Of a stretch of 64,000 nt of DNA, positions 35,824 through 48,863 are shown in pieces. Position 1 is the stretch's first letter; each line of letters opens with the position of its first letter. Made by a program: the position numbers and the translations under genes. The notes beneath the pieces are model-generated. The model saw nothing but the letters and a program-made list of their open reading frames with translations, was not told the origin of the DNA and ran no database searches. Source of the DNA: Azolla caroliniana (taxonomy: Eukaryota; Plantae; Polypodiophyta); assembly GCA_043228905.1 (NCBI GenBank), contig JBHGNT010000006.1, positions 15,004,001-15,068,000 on the forward strand. Direction: 5' to 3'.

Positions 35824-36796
35824 ACATTACTTGTAACTCTTCATCTTACTATCCTTAACCATTCTATCATCACCATACAAGCCTTATTAAACTTAAGTTT
35901 CTTCAACTCCCCTTAACCTTAGTCCCCGCGACTTCGCCGCACGAACCACAACTACCCCGACAACGGCACGTATAGGGATGAGTCGGATCGACATGAATCC
36001 GACTGCGAGAAGAGCGATGACAGGCCTTCAAGAGTGAAGTCCGCATCGGCCAGAACGGCCTCAACATCGGCTAATGCGCAATTACGCCGATGTTAAGCCC
36101 TTGGATAACACCATAACCAGTCGTGAAGAAGAGTGCATCAACAAGGACATAGTATGGCTAAAGGACCTACGAAGAGGGAATGACAAGAGGAAAGAGGGCT
36201 AAGGGACATCGAAGTGTGAGAGGTCCATACCCTAAATGTAAATGCTATATAAACCACATGGTGGTGGCTTTGTAAGGGTTCTTCCATTTGTAAAGATCTC
36301 CCTATTGATTAAGAGCTAGAGTTTCCTCTTCTCCTTCTTGTAACCTTTAAGCTTAAGAGAGATTAGTGAAGTGTTTAGCTAGAGAACACTAATCTCTCTT
36401 CCTTGTTGGTGCTAGACCTCTTAGCAAAGTGGGTTAGGTTAATAAACATATTCATTACTGTTATTGTCTATATTCATTACCCTATTGTCTATGAGAGCGA
36501 GCTTGAGAGAGTGAGAGAGATATCGTGCTTAATCATCTATTAATCATTAAGTGAGTATGAGGCTCGGAGGTGTCCAACAACCATCTCCACCCAATTTTCC
36601 ATGAAAAGGGTATATGTTGGTTTGAACTCTGCAAACGACTTCGAGGAATTAACTCCATCGATACATTGATCCTACACATCTATTTGGTGCCGCTGCTGGG
36701 GATACAATCGACGCTTGAAGCCGACTGCGAGTGGTCAAATACTCGTAAGCAACCCATTTAACGGGGGAAGAAATCGAAAGGAAACCACAATTTGTG

Positions 36797-36995
36797 TTAA
36801 TTAAAATACTCACTATTTCACAGTTTAATTAAGTTAAATTTTTTTTTTTAAAACACTCACTATTTCACATTATAATTAAGTTAATTTTTTGTTTTTACAA
36901 CGCTCAGTAGTTCACATTTTCATTAAGTTAATTTTTTGTTATTAAAATGCTCACTAGTTCACATTTTCACTAAGTTAATTTTCTGTTTTTAAAAA
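36797..36995. repeat. AT-rich ~47-bp tandem repeat, about 4 copies, in the leader of E
   Basis: The unit CTCACTA(T/G)TTCACA..TAAGTTAATTTTT is repeated. Confidence 0.8.
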
Positions 36996-37177
36996 GTTTT
37001 AATTTACCCTTAATCGCCCGGACATTAGCAAGCTATTCGTCCGGTTAACGCTAAGCATTGTTCGGATTTAGCCGTTGTAGGGCAAGAATAATCACCGTGA
37101 TTCTCGCTGATTACGATCATCCTTCGGGGCACGAAACGGCTGTTAGCACCAACAAATTCAAATTTCCCACTCAAAGT

Positions 37178-37545
37178 TCGTCAAAAGATCAGAGGTCGAT
37201 AAGGGAAGCATCCTTCGACGAAAGATCAAAGTTCACCAAACCCACATCTTTGGACGAACCCACATCCTTCGATGAACCTACATCCTTTGATGAAAGATCA
37301 AAGTTCGACAAACCCACATCCTTCAATGAAAGATCAAAGTTAGACGAACCCACATCTTTCGACAAAAGATCAAAGTTTGCCAAACCCTCATCTTTCGACG
37401 AACCCACATCTTTCAACGAACCTACATCTTTTGACCAACCCACATCCTTCGACGAAAGATCAAAGTTCGATGAACCCACATCTTTCGACGAAAGGTCAAA
37501 GTTTGCCAAACCCACAAAGTTCGACGAACCCGCAAAGCTTGACAA
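37178..37545. repeat. 18-bp two-variant minisatellite, about 20 units
   Basis: TTCGACGAACCCACATCT and TTCGACGAAAGATCAAAG units are interspersed and translate as FDEPTS and FDERSK. Confidence 0.92.
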
Positions 37546-40500
37546 GAGAACATGGCCAGATCCTCATGGATAGAGATGTTCAAAACTCAACCCACACGCC
37601 AAGAGGAATCCACCCAAACCAACCAAATGCACGGTGCTGACCAAGCGCAGCCCCATGCGGCATTCGAGCACAACGGGGGATAGTCCAAATGAAGCCCACA
37701 CGCAATGACACCCGACACCACCACGTATGGACATGACCCCTACACCCGACCAAACTGCCCCGACACCCCCAAACGCCGAACTCGCACTTGCGTTACAATC
37801 CATCCAAACCCTCGTGGCATTGATGGAAAAAGAGCGAGCACCCACGGACCATCTGAGAAACCCTACAAATGACAGCGGGAAGAGTGCTTCCATTTCTAAA
37901 CTAGTACCCCGTTTTCTCAGTTTCGGTGACACCGGTGATCACGTCGACAGGTTCAAACAGATTTGTCGCGCTTATGAACCCATCACAGAGACCACCAAAG
38001 TAGCCGCATTTAGACTTACACTCGATGACCAAGACGCAATTTGGTTTAGAACCTTGAATGAGGACATCGTCATGAACTTCGAGTACGTCATCGAAGATTT
38101 CTAGATAAACTTCGCTCGTCCAGGGAATAAATGGAACCCAATCGACCAACTTTTCACCCTCAAGCAAGAAGCGAATGATACGGTCAGGGACTACATACGC
38201 CGCACGAAAAGCCTGCACCATTGTTGTAGCCCGAGCGACAAGATGTCAGATGACAAATTGATGAGCTATTTCATCAATGGGTTATTCGATCCAACGCTCC
38301 GAAATTTCCTGATTGCCAGGATGTGTCGGTTGCTCGTTGAAGCTTGCACAGTAGTGATGACCTTCGAGGATTCAATGAGAGGGTTATAGATACCCACTCA
38401 AGCCTCTACGAACAATAGTGAGAAACCCTCGAACCCCACTCTACCCACGCCACCGAGACCACCCCGTATAGAAAGACCCCAACCATACGCCCAAAGAGAA
38501 AATGTAAGGTGTACAGTATGTCATGGTCGTCACACGGGGCAGGAGTGCCCCCTCCTCCAACAACAACGGCCGCAATATTGTAAGTGGTGCAAAGCTTTCG
38601 TGATGCATTCTCAAGAGAACTGTTGGCAAGCCCAAAACGGAAGGTATAGCAAACACCAATGGTGGAGCACCCACACTCACCTCCACCGCTTAGTCGCCCA
38701 CAACTACTAGCGATACTTCCCCAACAACCCCCACTACCGTGTATCAGCACTCACCTCACCGAACTAGAATATACCACCGATAACCAAACCCAAGTCGGGG
38801 CGAGCGCTCCCGAATACGAATACCCGTACCGAGAGTATGGTGTTGAAGAAGAGGTGTTGTCCCACTTTGTGGACTTCGATGGCGACCAAATACCAGTGTA
38901 CGTCTTGAGAGGAGAACAACAGGGTCCGTCGATGGGATATCGCAACAAGAATGGTCTAAGGAGGTCCGAATTGAAATGTTTCAACTGCCAAGGCCCACAT
39001 ATGGTTAGCGAGTGCCCAACCAAACATGAATACTACAACCGGGTGGCACAACGACCATGACACCCCTCACTCGAAACACCCCCACAGCCACTGGCGCAAA
39101 GTCTCACCCAACAGTCACAGGACCTTATTGAGTGGTTCCAAAGAGAAGCATCATGCCCAGGTGTGGTAAGGAGCACTTAGTACCTAATTGCCCAGAAAAG
39201 AAGAAAAGGATTGGCGCAAATCTATTATCTATCGTACCATCAACGGTTGGCACCAACGTCATCACACGAGCTCAAAGAGTAGCTCATAACATAAAATACC
39301 AAGATCAAAGGCCCCCCGTGGCTACGCGTAAAAGACGAAAATCTAGAAAAAATGCATCCACATAGGCCTCAAAACAAGATCAAGAACCGGAGGGAGATGT
39401 AGAAACAATACCCATCAACCCTAACCAAGAGCTACAAGCACACCTAACAACATACCCAAACCCAGTGGCTAAAAAACAAAAGGTTGAAGAGTATAGTAAC
39501 TTATACGCCACGAACAATTCGAAAAATCGCTTAGTCTCCCGAGCTTAAACTTCGACCAACTCGAAGAATGGGTAAACCCCCCACCCCAACACACGGATAC
39601 ACCTCCCCTCGTCGTCACATCAACCGGCACCCCCACCTGCCATCCTAACCCGATCAAAGAGGTCAACACAGCCCTGCTCCAGCAAATATTAAATTTAAGA
39701 TTACGACTCACATTACGCGAAGTACAAAGCTACACTGGCACCTTCGTGGCCGACAACCCCCAACTACGACCTCTACTCGCCAAGGAAATAGAGTTCACGC
39801 TTGACGAACTAGTCAAACTCAACATCCAACCATGGCACGATGTCCTTCGCCGCCTCAATGGAAGCCTATCAGCAGGTTATGGCAAAAAGATACACACCGA
39901 CATTCCTCATACGTCCACAGTCCTCAAGCAGCCCGAAGGACCACTAGTCGATATACACGAAGCTCACTTCGAGAGTGACGATACTAGTTTCACTCTACCC
40001 GTCTGTGTCAACTGTTTGACGTGTGATGCAATCATTGACACCGGAGGGGTAAGTATCGTCAGCTACGAATGTTGGTGTAAGTAGGGGAGCCCAAAAATGC
40101 TTGCTTCAACTGTCAAACTACGAATGGCAGATGGGTCCATCCAATGGCCAGAAGGCATGATCCCTACACATCACTTCACTATCCACGGAATCGAGTTCAA
40201 TCTCACCTTCGTCGTCACAAGATCATCCAATCATGTGGCCTACAAGTGCTTACTAGGAAGACCATTCCTACGTGTAAGCCACCTGGTAATGGATTCTGGG
40301 AATGATACAATCTATATGCGTAAAAACAACAAAACCTTCCACATCAAAGCATACACACAAAAAGTGCATGAACAAGAGGGCAACCCTCTCGTGGACGACT
40401 GGTCAGAAACCACCGAATTCGAGACCAACCGCCTAGCGTGCAACCCCACAAAAACAGTTCAGATCTTGGCCAGGGGCCAACCGTTCCTCCAAAAATCCGC

Positions 40501-40693
40501 CAATCCTAAAGCGGAAAATGCAAGAGAAAGAGAAGACCAATCCATAGCTTCTGATACGTTACAAATGAATTGGGTACACGCTCTCGCCATGACTAACGCA
40601 ATGTATCCCATTGGTACAAAGTGTTGCGACGAGGATGGAGACACGATCTCTTTCTTTAACACCACCACCCTCGTACCCAACTGAAAACAAGTA

Positions 40694-41368
40694 GAGTTAT
40701 GGACCTTACGGTTGGAACAAGGAGTGTGGAATGGTGGATCATCGGCGGGTTAAGCTAGGCGAAGAGGAACACCACGCTCGATTTGAGCGCACCCGAATCG
40801 AAGACGAGTTAGAAGAAAGGAGAGGTAGCCGACATGATTAGGAATAACAAAAAGGAAGAGGGGTGGGGGGTTAAACACTAAGATTAAAAACATAAACACT
40901 AAAACAAAAAACATAAAAACTAAAATTTTAATTATGTTTTTAGTCTCGTTTTTTAGTTTTAATCTTAGGTTTATTTATGTTTTAATCTCTCTCTCTCTCT
41001 CTCTCTCTCTTTCATTTTATTTTAATTAGTATGTTAATCCCCCTCCCTTTAACCCTATCTTTTAATTTCTTTCTAATTACCCCACCCTTTACTTTATTTT
41101 TAGGTTCATGTTTCTAGATTTAGATTTATGTTTGTTAGTTTTCGGGTTATGTTTTTTGTTTTAGTGTTTATGTTTTTAATTTTAATGTTTAACCCCCCAC
41201 CCCTCTTCCTTTTGTTATTCCTAGTCATGTCGGCTCCCTCCCCTTTCTTCTAACTCGTCTTCGATTTGGGTGCACTCAAATCGAGCGTGGTGTTCCTCTT
41301 CGCCTACCTCAACCCACCTGTGATCCACCATTCCGCACTCCTTGTTCTGACCGTAAGGTCCATAACCC
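40694..41368. mobile_element. MITE/foldback element, 675 bp, ~220-bp terminal inverted repeats, TA duplication
   Basis: GAGTTATGGACCTTACGG... (40694-~40916) is the reverse complement of ...CCGTAAGGTCCATAACCC (~41146-41368). TA flanks both sides, and the core is AT/CT-rich and non-coding. Confidence 0.9.
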
Positions 41369-42084
41369 TACAATAGCTAATTTAGCAACGTGTTCGCATG
41401 GTCATACATAGATATGAAAGGGGTTCCAGCTGAGGTCGTCACCCATAGTATCCCCATGCGAGCCAACGCCCACCCAATCCGACAAAGACTGCGCCCAATG
41501 AACCCTAACTACGCCCAACAAGTAAAAGCTGAAATCAACAAAATGTTAGACACAAGCATCATCTACCCGATCGAACAAACCACTTGGGTCTCTCCAATCG
41601 TAGTCGTCCCGAAGAAAAACGGCCAAATCCGCATATGTGTCGACTACCACCAACTCAACAAAGCCACCATCAAGGACAACTACCCAGTACCCTACATCGA
41701 GCATTTACTTGAAAGAATCGTGGGAACTGAAGCTTATAGCTTCATCGATGGGTTCTCGGGGTACAACCAAATCTCGGTGGTGCCTGAGGATCAACACAAG
41801 ACGGCCTTCGCCACTGAATTTGGTACGTTCACGTTGTCGTGTGAATCTTCTCACACTATGTAAAAAATAATAATAATAAATAATAAAATAAGTACTTTAT
41901 ATTAGTCTAATGGCATGTTATAAAAGATGGATGTTTGAGAAGATAGGGAAAATAGAACTATTATTTATCCCACATAGATAGGAAACTTAAGGCCCTGGCT
42001 ATATAAGCACCTTGAGTCCCTCATTTTCATTTGTGCCAAGAGCACTTTGGCCACTTTGTCTTGATGGCTGATGGTGTTTAAGTT

Positions 42085-42515
42085 CCCAAAAACTGGAAAC
42101 CGGTCGGTAAGCAAAATCGGAATCAGGCCGATAAGCAAAAACGGAAACCGACCAGTAAGCAAAACCGGGAACCGGTCAGTAAGCAAAACCGGAAACTGGG
42201 CCGGTAAGCAAAATCGAAAACCGGGCCGGTAAGCAAAATTGGAATCGGGTCGATAAGTAAATTCGGAAACCGGCTGCTATGCAAACCAGAAACTGCCGGT
42301 AAGCAAAACTAGAATTCAGAAACCGCCCGATAAGCAAATTTGCAAATCGACTGGTATGCAAATCGGAAATTGGCCGGTAAGCAAAACTGGAATCTGGAAA
42401 CCAACCGGTATGGAAATCTGGAAACCGGTCGATATGCAAAACCGGAAACTGGCCGGTAAGCAAAACCAGAACCAGAACCAACAAGCAAACCGAAACCGGC
42501 CGGCAAGCAAAATGG
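42085..42515. repeat. ~26-bp degenerate tandem repeats in the LTR (also 45425-45895)
   Basis: GTAAGCAAAACCGGAAACCGG(T/C)CG-like units; copy number differs between the two LTRs. Confidence 0.88.
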
Positions 42516-43247
42516 AATCAGCCAGCGAGGGATTCGACGATCTGGTGGAACCGGCTACCGGACGAGGTTGGACGCGGATGGACAGAAGATTGGATCATGC
42601 AACAAATTAAAGTGAAGTGAAGAAAACTAAAGTAAAGGTCATGTGGACGGTCACATGCAACTAAAAAAAAAAGCTATGCAACTAAAAGTAAAGGCCATGC
42701 AACAAAGTGGACATGCAGATGATCAAGGGGGAACTCCATATAAAATTTCATCGTTTTTTTTACACTCATCCTCTCTCCATATTCTTTGTCCATATTATAT
42801 TTTTATTTTCTTTTCCTTCTTAGCTCTCTTATCTTATCGAAGCCATATCTCTCATAAACCCTAATTTCCTTACGGAAACCAAAAACCCTAAATTTCCGTA
42901 CGGAAGCTACTGAACTCATAAACCATAATCTCTTATCAAAGTCAAAAACCCTAAATTTCTATTGAATCCATATCTTAGTTTCTTCTAATCTATTATTCTA
43001 GTAATCTCCTTAAGATAAAACTTTTGTAATCCCAATCTTTGGATTGATTGTAATTTTTCTTTTCTATTTATTAATGAAATTTGTCAATCTTTCTCATTTT
43101 CCATTAATTGTTTAATATAAACATACGAATCTGATATCTTCCGGTCGGAGGCCCCGGGGTCCTGCCTCAAAGTTCACATATCCTCGTTGTATTTTCGCGA
43201 CATCTTTGGTGAACCCGGCGTGAAACGAGGCGGCAAGAGGATATCTT

Positions 43248-45111
43248 ATGGAGGCATACAGATACAAAGATCTGAAGAGATGCAAACTATACGAGTTTGA
43301 CCAATGGGTATCATCATTAAAAACCCACCAAAGTGCCATGCATGCTTTCGTTGAGTTCGAGTGTCGCTTTGCACAACTCTCGGAGTGGGATCAAAGGTTG
43401 GTGGGGGTGGATAAAGTCCTAATGTTTGTGAAATCGATAGATCGGAAGGAAAGGAATGCGATTGGAATCCGACTTGAGGATGATGATGGTGCAAATGGCC
43501 TCATTGAGGATTGGACAAAAGTGGAAAGAGTATGTCGACTTCACGATAAGAGGAAGACAAGATTCTCATTGGCAACAACACAACCCATGACGGATGGTGA
43601 AAGGAGGACGGGAAGCAACTACAAACTACCACCTAAAGAAGAAAACTCGAAGAGGGAATGTTCAACAATACTCGACATCGAAGTCTTGATGGAAGAGGCA
43701 TTCGAGAACTTAAAGGCGCAAGTTGAGGATGAAGAGAAGCTTCAAAAGGAGCAAAAACTAAAGCAAATGATGAGCGAGGAAGAAGAGGCCTCCCAACAAA
43801 TGCAGATTAATGTTACGGTTGATACAAAGGCCCGGGTTCGGTACCACGATGTAACCACGGAAGAAGGAGACCTTCTCATCTTGCAAAGAAACAATGATGA
43901 AGAATGAAATAAATGAATTGAGGATGGCAAATGCCACTTCAAGCAAAGACAAATGTTTCGGAACACACATCGTGTCTAAAACATCAAGTGATGAAAGTGT
44001 TAGCATGAGCAAAGCTTCCATGATCGAGGGAGATAAAAAGTGTGAGGCCAACATGATTGAGGAGATAGCCACGGAAAATGACATCAAGTCAGAGATTGCT
44101 ATGGACGAGTCAATGGCGAATGGCCGTGTCGAGATTTTCTCCACACTTGTTCTAGAGACTTGGGCAGTTGCGTCAAAAAGCAAACGTGAGACCCAAGAGA
44201 CGGAAGGTGGCGGTGAGGAAGTGAAGGTCGAAGCTAACACATGTGAAGAAGAGGGAGACGTCAAGCCGAAGAGGGTAGACGACGATGATGAAGAAACTTT
44301 CCCCACAAAAGTTCTTGAGACTTGGGCATTAACCGATGTAAGACCCAAGAGACAGAAGGTGGCAGCAAAGAAACAAAGGTCAAAGCTAATATGAACAACC
44401 ATAAGGTGGAAGTGGCAAAGAATAGCACGACAAAGGCAACGCCAAATTACAAAATTCCTCCACACTCATTTGAGAGACTTGGGCATTAACCGATGTAAGA
44501 CCCAAGAGATGGACGATGGCGGCGAGGAAGCAAGGGTTAAAGCCAATCTGTGCAACAAGGAAGTAAAGCAAAGCAAAATGACGAAAGTTCATGTTTGCGA
44601 CAAAGAGGTCAAGCAAAACATGAAGACAAAAGCAAATGTGTGCGACAAAGAGACCAAGCAAACCTCAAAAAGCAAAGATGTGGGCCAAGTGGATACGAAA
44701 GATGTGATCACAAAATCTAACAAGGATAATACTAGCATAGAAGTCATGGTCAATTCTAACACAAGGTTATAGCAAGAAAGTGGACAAAGTGGGAAGCATG
44801 CAATGTGGTCACTTAAGGACCTAGAGGAGAGCATGCCGCTAAAGAACGAATTGCTAAGAGTACTCAACCACAGTATTTCGATAAGTCTTTCGAAAGGCAT
44901 GCATGGAGCAACAAAGGATGATAAAAGAAAGTTAAATGACCAAGGAGATGGTAGCAATGAAGGTGGCACATGCACAAGGCATAAAGCATTATGCTCTAGA
45001 GGAGCAAACAGAGCCATGACAAACGGTCATGGAAATGCAAAGACTGAACGAAGAATATGTTGGATCGGATGGCACTGGCAATTCGGGTACATCAACGAAA
45101 AATTAAAGTAA
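43248..45111 (+). pseudogene. Gag remnant followed by a degenerate acidic/repetitive extension
   Basis: FAQLSEWDQRLVGVDKVLMFVKSI..GLIEDWTKVERVC aligns by eye with FEQLNVRDRNIIVPDKVILFLQAT..GLTEDWEEVKRVC of ORF 33019. Downstream frameshifted repeats have an LETWA motif. Confidence 0.75.
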
Positions 45112-48100
45112 GCAAAAATGGAGCCTCATCAAAATTGGCACATACCGGTGGATGTGCAGGTTTGGCGGGGGTGAATGTCGTGTGAATCTTCTCACACTAT
45201 GTAAGAAATAATAATAATAAATAAAATAAGTACTTTATATTAGCTTAATGGCATGTTATAGAAGATGAATGTTTGAGAAGATAGGGAAAATAGAACTATT
45301 ATTTATCCCACATAGATAGGAAACTTAAGGCCCTGGCTATATAAGCACCTTGAGTTCCTCATTTTCATTTGTGCTAAGAGCACTTTGGCCACTTTGTCTT
45401 GATGGATAATGGTGGTTAAGTTCCCAGAAACCGAAAATCGGTCGGAAAGCAAAACCGGAAAGAAAAACTGGGAACCGGTCGGTAAGCAAAACTAGGAACC
45501 GGCCGATAAGAAAAACTGGAAATTGGGTCGGTAAGCAAAATCGGAAATTGGACCGGTAAGCAAAATCGGAAATTGGACCGGTAAGCAAAATCGGAATCGG
45601 ACCAGTAAGGAAAACCGGAATTGGGCCGGTAAGCAAACTAGAAACCGGTCGGTAAACAAAACTAGAATTCGGAAACCGGCCGATATGCAAAATCGGAAAC
45701 CGGCCGGTAAGCAAATCTGCAAATCGGCTGGTATGCAAACCGGAATTTGGTCGGTAAGCAAAACTGGAATCCGGAAACCGTCCGGTATGCAAATCCGGAA
45801 ACTGGTTGATATGCAAACTCGGAAACCAACCGGTAAGCAAAACCGGAACCGGAACCAGCAAGCAAACCGGAACCGGCCGGCAAGCAAAATGGAACCAGTC
45901 AGCGAGGGATTCGGCGATCGGGTTGAACCGGCTACCAGACGAGGTTGGACGTGGACGGACGGAAGATTGGATCATGCAACAAATTAAAGTGAAGTGAAGA
46001 AAACTAAAGGTCATGTGGACGGTCGCATGCAACTAAAAAAAAAAGCCATGCAACTAAAAGAAAAAGCTATGCAACTAAAAGTAGAGGCCATGCAACAAAA
46101 AGTGGACATGCAGATGATCAAGGGGGAACTCCATATAAAATTTCATCGTTTTTTCACACTCATCCTCTCTCCATATTCTCTGTCCATATTATATTTTTAT
46201 TTTCTTTTCCTTCTTAGCTCTCTTATCTTGTCGAAGCCATATCTCTCATAAACCCTAATTTCCTTACGGAAACCAAAAACCCTAATTTTCCTTACGGAAG
46301 CCAAAAACCCTAATTTTCTGTACAGAAGCTATTGAACTCAGAAACCATAATCTCTTATCAAAGTCAAAAACCCTAAATTTCTATTGAATCCATATCTTAG
46401 TTTCTTCTAATTTATTATTCTAGTAATCTCCTTAAGGTAAAACTTTTGTAATCCCAATCTTGGGATTGATTATAATTTTTCTTTTCTATTTATTAATGAA
46501 ATTTGTCAATCTTTCTCATTTTCCATTAATTGTTTAATATAAACATACGAATCTGATATCTTCCGATCGGAGGCCCCGGGGTCCTGCCTCAAAGTTCACG
46601 TATCCTCGTCGTATTTTCGCGACAACGTATAAGCAGATGCCTTTTGGGCTCACAAGTGCCCTGAGCACCTATCAAAGGGCGGCGGACCATATCTTTGCGG
46701 CAAGGTTACGACAAGGGGTGGAGTCCTATGTCGACGATTTATGTTGCCATTCGAAATGGCATGACCATCTGGCACTACTCCGCTTGACGTTCAAAAAATG
46801 CAGGGCCTATCAACTCTTCCTCAACCCACTCAAGTGTCAGTTTTGGGTCAAGCATGGATTAATATTAGGTCATGTTGTGTCCCGACATGGGATCTCGACC
46901 GATGAGGCAAAAGTAAAACTCATCCTAGACATGCCACCTCCCGCGAACAAGAAACAACTACAAGGGTTCATGGGGTACGCGGGTTACTATAGATGCTTCA
47001 TCAAGATGTTCGCAAACAAGGCCAAACCATTCTACGCCTTGCTAAAGCAATACACCTGAACTGAAGAGTGCACCCGCTCGTTCAAGCTCTTGAAAGAGTG
47101 CCTAACTAAGGCTCCCATCCTCCGATCTCCAGACTAGACCAAAGAATTCCACTTTCACACTGATGCCTCAACCTTCGCAATTGGTGTAGTGCTAGCTCAA
47201 CCCGATGAAGGGGCCCTCGACCTACCGATCACCTTTGCTAGTCGCCAACTGAACATCGCCGAACGAAATTACTCCACGACAGAGCGATAAGCTTTGGCCA
47301 TGGTTTACAATGTGAAAAAGTTCCAACATTACCCCTTGGCGTCACGTTTCTTGTTTTTTGTAGATCATCAAGCCCTTCTCTACTTGGTCAACAAAACTCA
47401 CACCACGGGACGTATATCCCGATGGATCGTAATGTTACTCGAGTTCGACTTCAAGGTGGTGGTGAGATAAGGAAAATACCATGTACTCACCGATCATTTC
47501 TCTCGAATACCAAACGGAGAAGAACCTAGGGGGGTTGATGACGAAACACTAGATGCAGTATTATTCACGATCGACACGGTACCATCATGGGCATCTGACA
47601 TTGTTCGGGTCTTAACCGAAGGGGCATCTTTCCTAAAACAACTAAGTCGGGCACATCACGTTTCTTGTTAAGGAAATGTGGCCCCTTCATGATGCTCGGA
47701 GGCAACTTGTATGGAAGAGGCAACGATGATGTCCTTCGGAGGTGTGTACCAGACCATGATATCGTCACCATCCTCGAACAAGCTCATTGCGGTAGCAGAA
47801 GCGGTCATTTTAGTCACGAGATCACCGCACGCAAGATCCTCCAGTCCGGCCTATAGTGGCCAACACTATTCAACGACACATATGAGTATGTACGCCGATG
47901 TGATGAGTGCCAGTGTTTCAAACATTCGTTGAAAGTGGATTTCAACACATTAAACCCGGTGGTGGCATGGCAACCGTTCGAGAAATGGGGTATTGACTTT
48001 ATCGGCCCAATCAACCCAACCTCCAACATCAATCGATACATAATAACTGCCACTGACTACGCTACCAAGTGGGTGGAAGCTAAAGTTTGTGTTAATGCCG

Positions 48101-48863
48101 ACGCACGTAGCACCGCCAAATTCCTATATGAAAACGTCATATCACGGTTTGGATGTCCGCTAGAGATCATTAGCGATCAAGGCTCTCATTTCCTCAACGA
48201 AGTGATAGCACATCTACTAGGCGAATTTCTGGTGACACGCCGCAAGAGCTCCCCTTATTACCCTCGATGCAACGGACAAGCGGAAAGCACAAATAAGGTC
48301 TTATGCACAGTGCTCACAAAGATAATCGCCACTTCGCGGTCTGATTGGAGCACCAAACTCCAAGCGGCATTGTGGGTTTTCCGCACTTCCTACAAAGTCG
48401 CAACTCACCACACGCCATTCAAACTAGTATATGGACATGAAGTGGTATTGCCCATCGAGTTCCTTGTCCCCAGCCTCTGAATAGCCGTACAAGAACGATG
48501 GGACAGGGACCCCCTCCCGTCACGCCTAGAGAACCTAGAACAGTTGACCGAAACTCGCCTTATCGCATTCCAAGCACTCCTGACAAAGAAAGCCAATAGA
48601 AAGGCGTGGTATGACAACAATGTAAGAGATAAAGATCTCATTGAAGGAGACATGGTGCTCAAATTCGCCTCTCAATGGCACAAAAAGAAGCTCAAATTAC
48701 GGGGTGAAGGCCCATATGTGGTCTCAGACTTACCAAGACAGGAGCATATCGAATACGCGCACTCAAAGCCCTCGACATCCTAGGATTCATCAATGGGAGC
48801 AAGCTCAAATGTTACTATAGACCCCGCACCCTCGAGGCCCTACTCACAACTCGGCAACGAGAA

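Larger units (their letters stand above)
32127..35962 (+). mobile_element. Young non-autonomous LTR element encoding only Gag plus protease (TR-GAG-like), 3836 bp
   Basis: Near-identical LTRs 32127-32979 and 35106-35962 (TGTCG..CGACA). PBS at 32984-33001, PPT AGAGGGGGTGGG at 35094-35105, 4-bp TSD ACGG. No RT, RH or IN. Confidence 0.95.
24234..36090 (+). mobile_element. Decayed Ty1/Copia element D (family of Copia C), host of nested insertions
   Basis: 5' LTR 24234-24583 is similar to the Copia C LTR, with PBS TGGTATCCGAGC at 24584-24595. Gag, CCHC and protease run to 25733. The element resumes at 31069-32126 (integrase with an internal deletion near 31780) and at 35967-36090. Confidence 0.9.
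41835..46624 (+). mobile_element. Second non-autonomous gag-only LTR element (older), 4790 bp
   Basis: LTRs 41835-43202 and 45176-46624 (TGTCG..CGACA), Trp PBS TGGTGAACCCGGCGTGAA at 43207-43224, PPT at 45164-45175, 4-bp TSD ACGT. Removal restores RT FTYKQMPFG. Confidence 0.94.

Noticed and set aside
41900-41960. A-box-like TAGTCTAATGG in the second gag-only element's LTR
   Set aside because: No B-box at tRNA spacing.
45337-46032. 231-aa minus-strand ORF and neighbours (also 41965-42610, 16767-17108)
   Set aside because: They arise from LTR tandem repeats and are not conserved in frame between the paired LTRs.
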